In this document: positions 59,879 through 64,000 of the stretch, piece by piece | How the letters are laid out: each line of letters opens with the position of its first letter | Numbering within the stretch: the stretch's first letter is position 1 | Source: an uncultured delta proteobacterium | Lineage (GTDB): Bacteria; Myxococcota_A; Polyangia; Polyangiales; B10-G4 | DNA length: 64,000 nt | Reading direction: 5' to 3' | Assembly: GCA_963727445.1 (NCBI GenBank) | Contig: CAVSGI010000015.1 | Location: 32,001 to 96,000 of the forward strand | Made by a program: the position numbers and the translations under genes | Notes under the pieces: model-generated | The model's input: the letters and a program-made list of their open reading frames with translations, nothing else | What the model was told of the DNA's origin: nothing | The model's database searches: none

Positions 59879-62800
59879 TCAGCGACAACGACGCACAAAC
59901 CGCTGTACTTCTCTAGCGTCCAGGCCCCGAGGAGCGGCAGCGAGATAACGACGAGCGAGGTTGCAGTTGTCCTCGCTCGTCGTTCCGCGTTCGAGGATCA
60001 ACAGGCCCATCGCCTCCACCGAGGGCGGTGAGCCCTCGACGGCCCGCTGGAGCTCATCGGGCGCGGTTCCGTTGTTCTCCATTCGGATGGACGCCATGAG
60101 CAGATGGGCGGTGGAGCAGGCGCGATCCAGACGGATCGCCTCGGTCGCCCGTGCCCGCGCGTCATCGAAGCGACCGAGCTCGAAGAGCACCCGCCCTTCG
60201 GCGGCCTTGACGCGCGCCTTGTAAGAATCGTCCAGCTCGCGCTCGCGCACCGCGGCCTCCGCCTGGTTGATGAAGCGGCTGGCGCGGTCGGTGGAGCCTG
60301 CACGGGTGCGCACCAGCGCCATACCCAACAGCGCGTCGGGGTTCGACTCGTCGATCTCGAGCGCCTTGTCGAAGGCTCGCTCGGCGAGGCTGTTGGAGAC
60401 CGCCTGCAGGGCCGCCTGCCCGAGCGCAATCCACAGGCCGGCGTCGTTCGGGCTCTCGCGCACCATCGGCTGGATGATCTCGACGGCCTCTTGACCCTTG
60501 CCTTCGAGGACCATCAAACGCGCCTTGGCGCGGTCGAGGAAGGGGCCTTCGCCCCCCGCCTCCTCAGCGGCGGTGATCGCCGTGCGCGCCTCTTCGAGGC
60601 TCGCTCCCTCGGAGATGGCGATGTACGCGAGGCCGGCGAGCGCGCGTCCGTCGTCTCCACCGGCGAGCTCCTGCACCCGCTCGAACGCCGTGCGCGCGGT
60701 CTCCACGTCCCCGGCGCGGAGGGCCGCTTCGCCCAGGGTGCGCTGGAGCTCGGCGTCGTCGGGGCGCTGCTCGATCACTTCCCGGAGCGTCGCCACCGCC
60801 GCCTCGGTGTCGCCGCGAGCGATCTCCACCTGAGAGCGCGAGACGAGGAGCTCCACCGGTGGCGCCGACACGCCGTCCCGTTGCAGCAGCCCGAACGCCC
60901 GACTGAGCGCCTCCTGCGCCTCGTCGCTCCGGTCGAGCGCCAGGAGCGACTCCACCAGGGGCGGGATCACCTCCACGTTCGACGGGTGCTGTTCAGCCAT
61001 CGGCCGCAAGAGCTCGACCGCCTCCGCGTGATTGCCTTCGTGCGCCGCGATGGCCCCGAGGCGCGCAGAAGCCAGGGGTGTGAGCGCCGTGTCGAGACCC
61101 ATCGCCGTGCGGTAGTGGCTCGCCGCCTGATCGAGCATGTTCTTGGCCTCTGCGACGCGACCGCGCATGAGCTCGGCCTGGGCGCCGTCGCCGGCATCGG
61201 CCAGCGCGGCTTCGGCCGCTGGAATGTCGCCGCGACCGAGCGCGACCGCCGCGACCAGACGCGCGCGGCGCGACGGCGAGACCGAGGTCTGAGGCAGTGA
61301 GTCGAGGGTCAACGCCGCGTCACCGTAGGCGCCTGCCTTGACCATCACGTCCGCCAGATCGAGGGCGAAGGCCTCGTCTCCCGGGGGGCGGATGTCGAGG
61401 GCGGCGCGGCCCTCGGTCACGGCCGTCCGCTGATCGCCGCGGGTGGTCGCGTGCCAGGCGCGGATCAGATGCGCCCACGCCTTCTGAGGGGAAGTCGCTG
61501 TGTCGCCGAGCACGTCGAGGACCTCGGTCGCTTCGCTGGCGGCGAGGTCGGGATCGCTGTTCGCGATCTTCACGATGCGGGCCCGCGCGATGCGCGCGAG
61601 GGCGCTCTCCCCGGCGTCGGGGAGCCGGAGCAGCAGGCCGAGCGCCGCCTGAACGTCGTCTGTGCGCGCGGTGAGGATGGCGTTTTCGGCCACGTAGCGA
61701 GAGGAAGTGGGGCGGGCCTGCCGTGCCTCTTCCGACGCCGCGAAGGCGCGCGCGTACTCACCGCCCGCGGCGAGGGCGAGCGCGCGCGCGTAGGCCAGCT
61801 CCGCCGCCGCGGCTCCAGGCTCCGCTGGCTGGGCGGCCACCGCGGCCTTCGCGCGCTCGACGTCGCCTTCGGCGAGCGAGAGATAGGCGGTCGCGATGAT
61901 CGCGTCGACCTGGGCCTGGCCCTCTTCGTCGAGCTCGGACAGGAGCGTCGTCGCGGCTTCGGCGCGATCCAGCTCGGCGTGCTCGAGGACCAGCATCGCG
62001 TCGAGGCGCGCGCGCAGGGCGATGTCCTCGGGGTCGTCGTCGTCGTGAGCCTCGGCGAGCGCCACCGCCTGGTCGAGGCTCTGACGCGTCCCGTCGTCCT
62101 CGGCGACGGTGACCGCGGCCATGATCTCTTCCTCCGCCGACGACTCGAGGTAGTAGCTGACGCCGAAGGCCACCCCGGTGACGATCACGACGACGAAGAC
62201 GGCGATGCCGAGCAGGATCGGGAGCGTGGACGGCTTGCCACTCTTGCTACCCTTCTTCTTCGGGACGACCCGCTCCGTCGCGCGCGGCGGCGGTGCCTGG
62301 GAAGGAGGTGGGCCGGGCGGGGCGAGCGGCGTCTGCAGCGGGCCGTCGTGGGGTTGGTAGGTGTAGTCCACCGGGGCATAGGCGGGCGGTGGAGCGGAGC
62401 GCGGGCGCGCCGTGGTCTTTTCGTCCGGCAGATCGGTGACCGCCTGATGGGCCGCGGTCTCTTGATAGTCGAGGGGGTCCTCCGGCTGGTCCAAGAGGCT
62501 CGCGGGCGGGCCGCCGCGCGACCCGACGGCAAAGGTGGGGATGTCGTCGTCGAAGTCGTCCGGTGGCGGCTGGGAGGGAGGCGGCGCGAGAAAGGGGTTC
62601 GGGCGCATGGGCGGGCGAACCTCGGAGACCTCGGAGAGGCTGAGCTCGTCGGTGCCGGTGATCACCGCGTCGTCGAAGTCGTTGCGGTGGTCCTGCTTCG
62701 CGTGCGGCCGATGCGCAGCCGTGCTCTCGTCGACGGGGAAGGTCGGTGGGCGCGGGGGCGGCGGCATGCTCGAGGGCGCCGGGCGCGGCGGCGCGCGGCG

Positions 62801-63491
62801 AGGCGCGCCGGCCATGCCGACCGCGGGCGCGGCTGCGCGCGGGGGCGGGGGGAACGAGCTCGGGCGGCGCACGCCCGGGGGCGGCGGGGGCGCCGAGGGA
62901 GGAGGCGCGACCGGAGGGGGTGCGAGAATCGCCGCCGGGTCTGGGCGGCGGCGGGGGCGGAGCGGACGAGGCCGGCCGGCCCAGGGCGGCGTCGCGGTCG
63001 CGACGCAGCTTTTCGATGTCGAAGCCCGGCAGGGATTCGGTTGGGTCCTCGACCCACTCGGGCGAGTCGGTCTGGAGCGTGGCGACCGCTTCGGCTTCGA
63101 ACCACCGATCAATCGTCTCCGACACGACCGGCTCCTCCTCCGCCACCTCCGACAGGAGCTCGCGGGCCTCCTCGTCACTCGGGTCGAGCTCGAGGGCGTG
63201 ACGAAAGCTGTCCCGTGCCTTGTCGACCTGACCATCGCGGAGATGCGCTTCGCCGAGGAGCCGATGGGCGACGGGCTCCTCGGGCGCCGCGCGAAGCACG
63301 GCCATCATCTCGGCGCGCACCTCGTCGTGGCGCTTGAGAGCGAGCAACGCCATCCCGAGGAGAATCCGCACCTCGGTCATCGCTGGCCGGGACAGAAGAA
63401 TTCTTCGGCAAGCGCGAACCGCCTCCTGATAGCGGCGCTCGGCGATCAACTGCTTGGCGCGGGCGGTCAGATCCTCGATCGAGGTGCCCAT
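59879..63491 (-). CDS. Large TPR protein (cytoplasmic TPRs, Pro-rich linker, TM helix, periplasmic TPR array); frameshift near 62930
   Basis: N-terminal TPRs in frame 62247-63503 join the Pro-rich/TM/TPR frame 59879-63235. Confidence 0.82.
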
Positions 63492-63577
63492 CGGGTGCGC
63501 CAAGGGTAGTCGGTGGCCCCTCCCAAAGAAAGGATTTGAAGACGTCGCAGCGCAGGGATCGCCTCAAATGCGAAAAC

Positions 63578-64000
63578 TCAAGGGCCTTGGTTCGGCCTCC
63601 GGGGGAGGGCATCGAGCTTTCGCTCCAGCTTCTGGAGCTCCGGGGTCGGCAGAGGGGCCGCGCCCCAGCGGCTCTGCTCGTAGCGCTGGGTGATTTCCGT
63701 GACAATCACGGCCCCCGGGTAGCCCTCTTCCTCGAGAGCCCGGGCGTGCTCGCGGGGGGTCCGCCCCGCGGGTCGCGCGTGGCCCTGCCTGGCGAGGATA
63801 CGCTCGAGCCGGCGGTAGAGCCGTATGGCGGTCCGCGCATCCGCGCTCACCTGCTGCCCTTCCTCCCGGCGCCGGCGGCGCCTCCGTCGGACGGCCCACA
63901 GGCCGGCGCCGAGGACGAGGAGCAGAAGCGCGGCGGCGAGCAAGGGGGAGGCGCGGCCCAAGAGGCCGGGCCCGCTCCGTTCTGCCCCACCGGTCTCGTC
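63578..64000 (-). CDS. C-terminal end of a DUF4129-domain membrane protein (typical of transglutaminase-like TgpA proteins); partial
   Basis: TM helix then LYRRLER..ARQG..RPAGRTPREHA...YEQSRWG. Confidence 0.7.
   Translation of the reverse strand, partial: DETGGAERSGPGLLGRASPLLAAALLLLVLGAGLWAVRRRRRRRREEGQQVSADARTAIRLYRRLERILARQGHARPAGRTPREHARALEEEGYPGAVIVTEITQRYEQSRWGAAPLPTPELQKLERKLDALPRRPNQGP

Overview
Very GC-rich bacterial chromosomal DNA. Gene content (Ser/Thr kinases, an FHA-domain sigma54 activator, MYXO-CTERM-like tails, many Cys-rich lipoproteins) points to a Myxococcota genome, probably Polyangiales; this is inference. About 55 genes are present. Housekeeping genes include gltX, yebC-ruvC, ruvA-ruvB, dapF, rpe, an RlmN-type methyltransferase and an M16 peptidase pair. 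The rest are signalling genes and many exported or surface proteins. I saw no rRNA, tRNA, CRISPR array or transposase. Several genes carry clustered frameshifts that look like assembly indels. Main observations: (1) three unrelated families of small structured non-coding repeats: a 122-bp element in three copies with compensatory base changes bracketing one gene, a 165-bp CTAG-bounded MITE plus a truncated copy, and a tandem 178-bp multi-hairpin element behind a small repeat-peptide gene; (2) TANNNT boxes 5-8 nt before many start codons, suggesting widespread leaderless mRNAs; (3) a 13.4-kb block of surface-protein genes between ruvC and ruvA, with an active/dead matrixin pair, an unfamiliar Trp/Cys repeat lipoprotein and an 8-9-heme cytochrome lipoprotein; (4) a signalling pair built from apparently non-catalytic domains downstream of dapF. 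All product calls are by motif recognition only; no database search was run.
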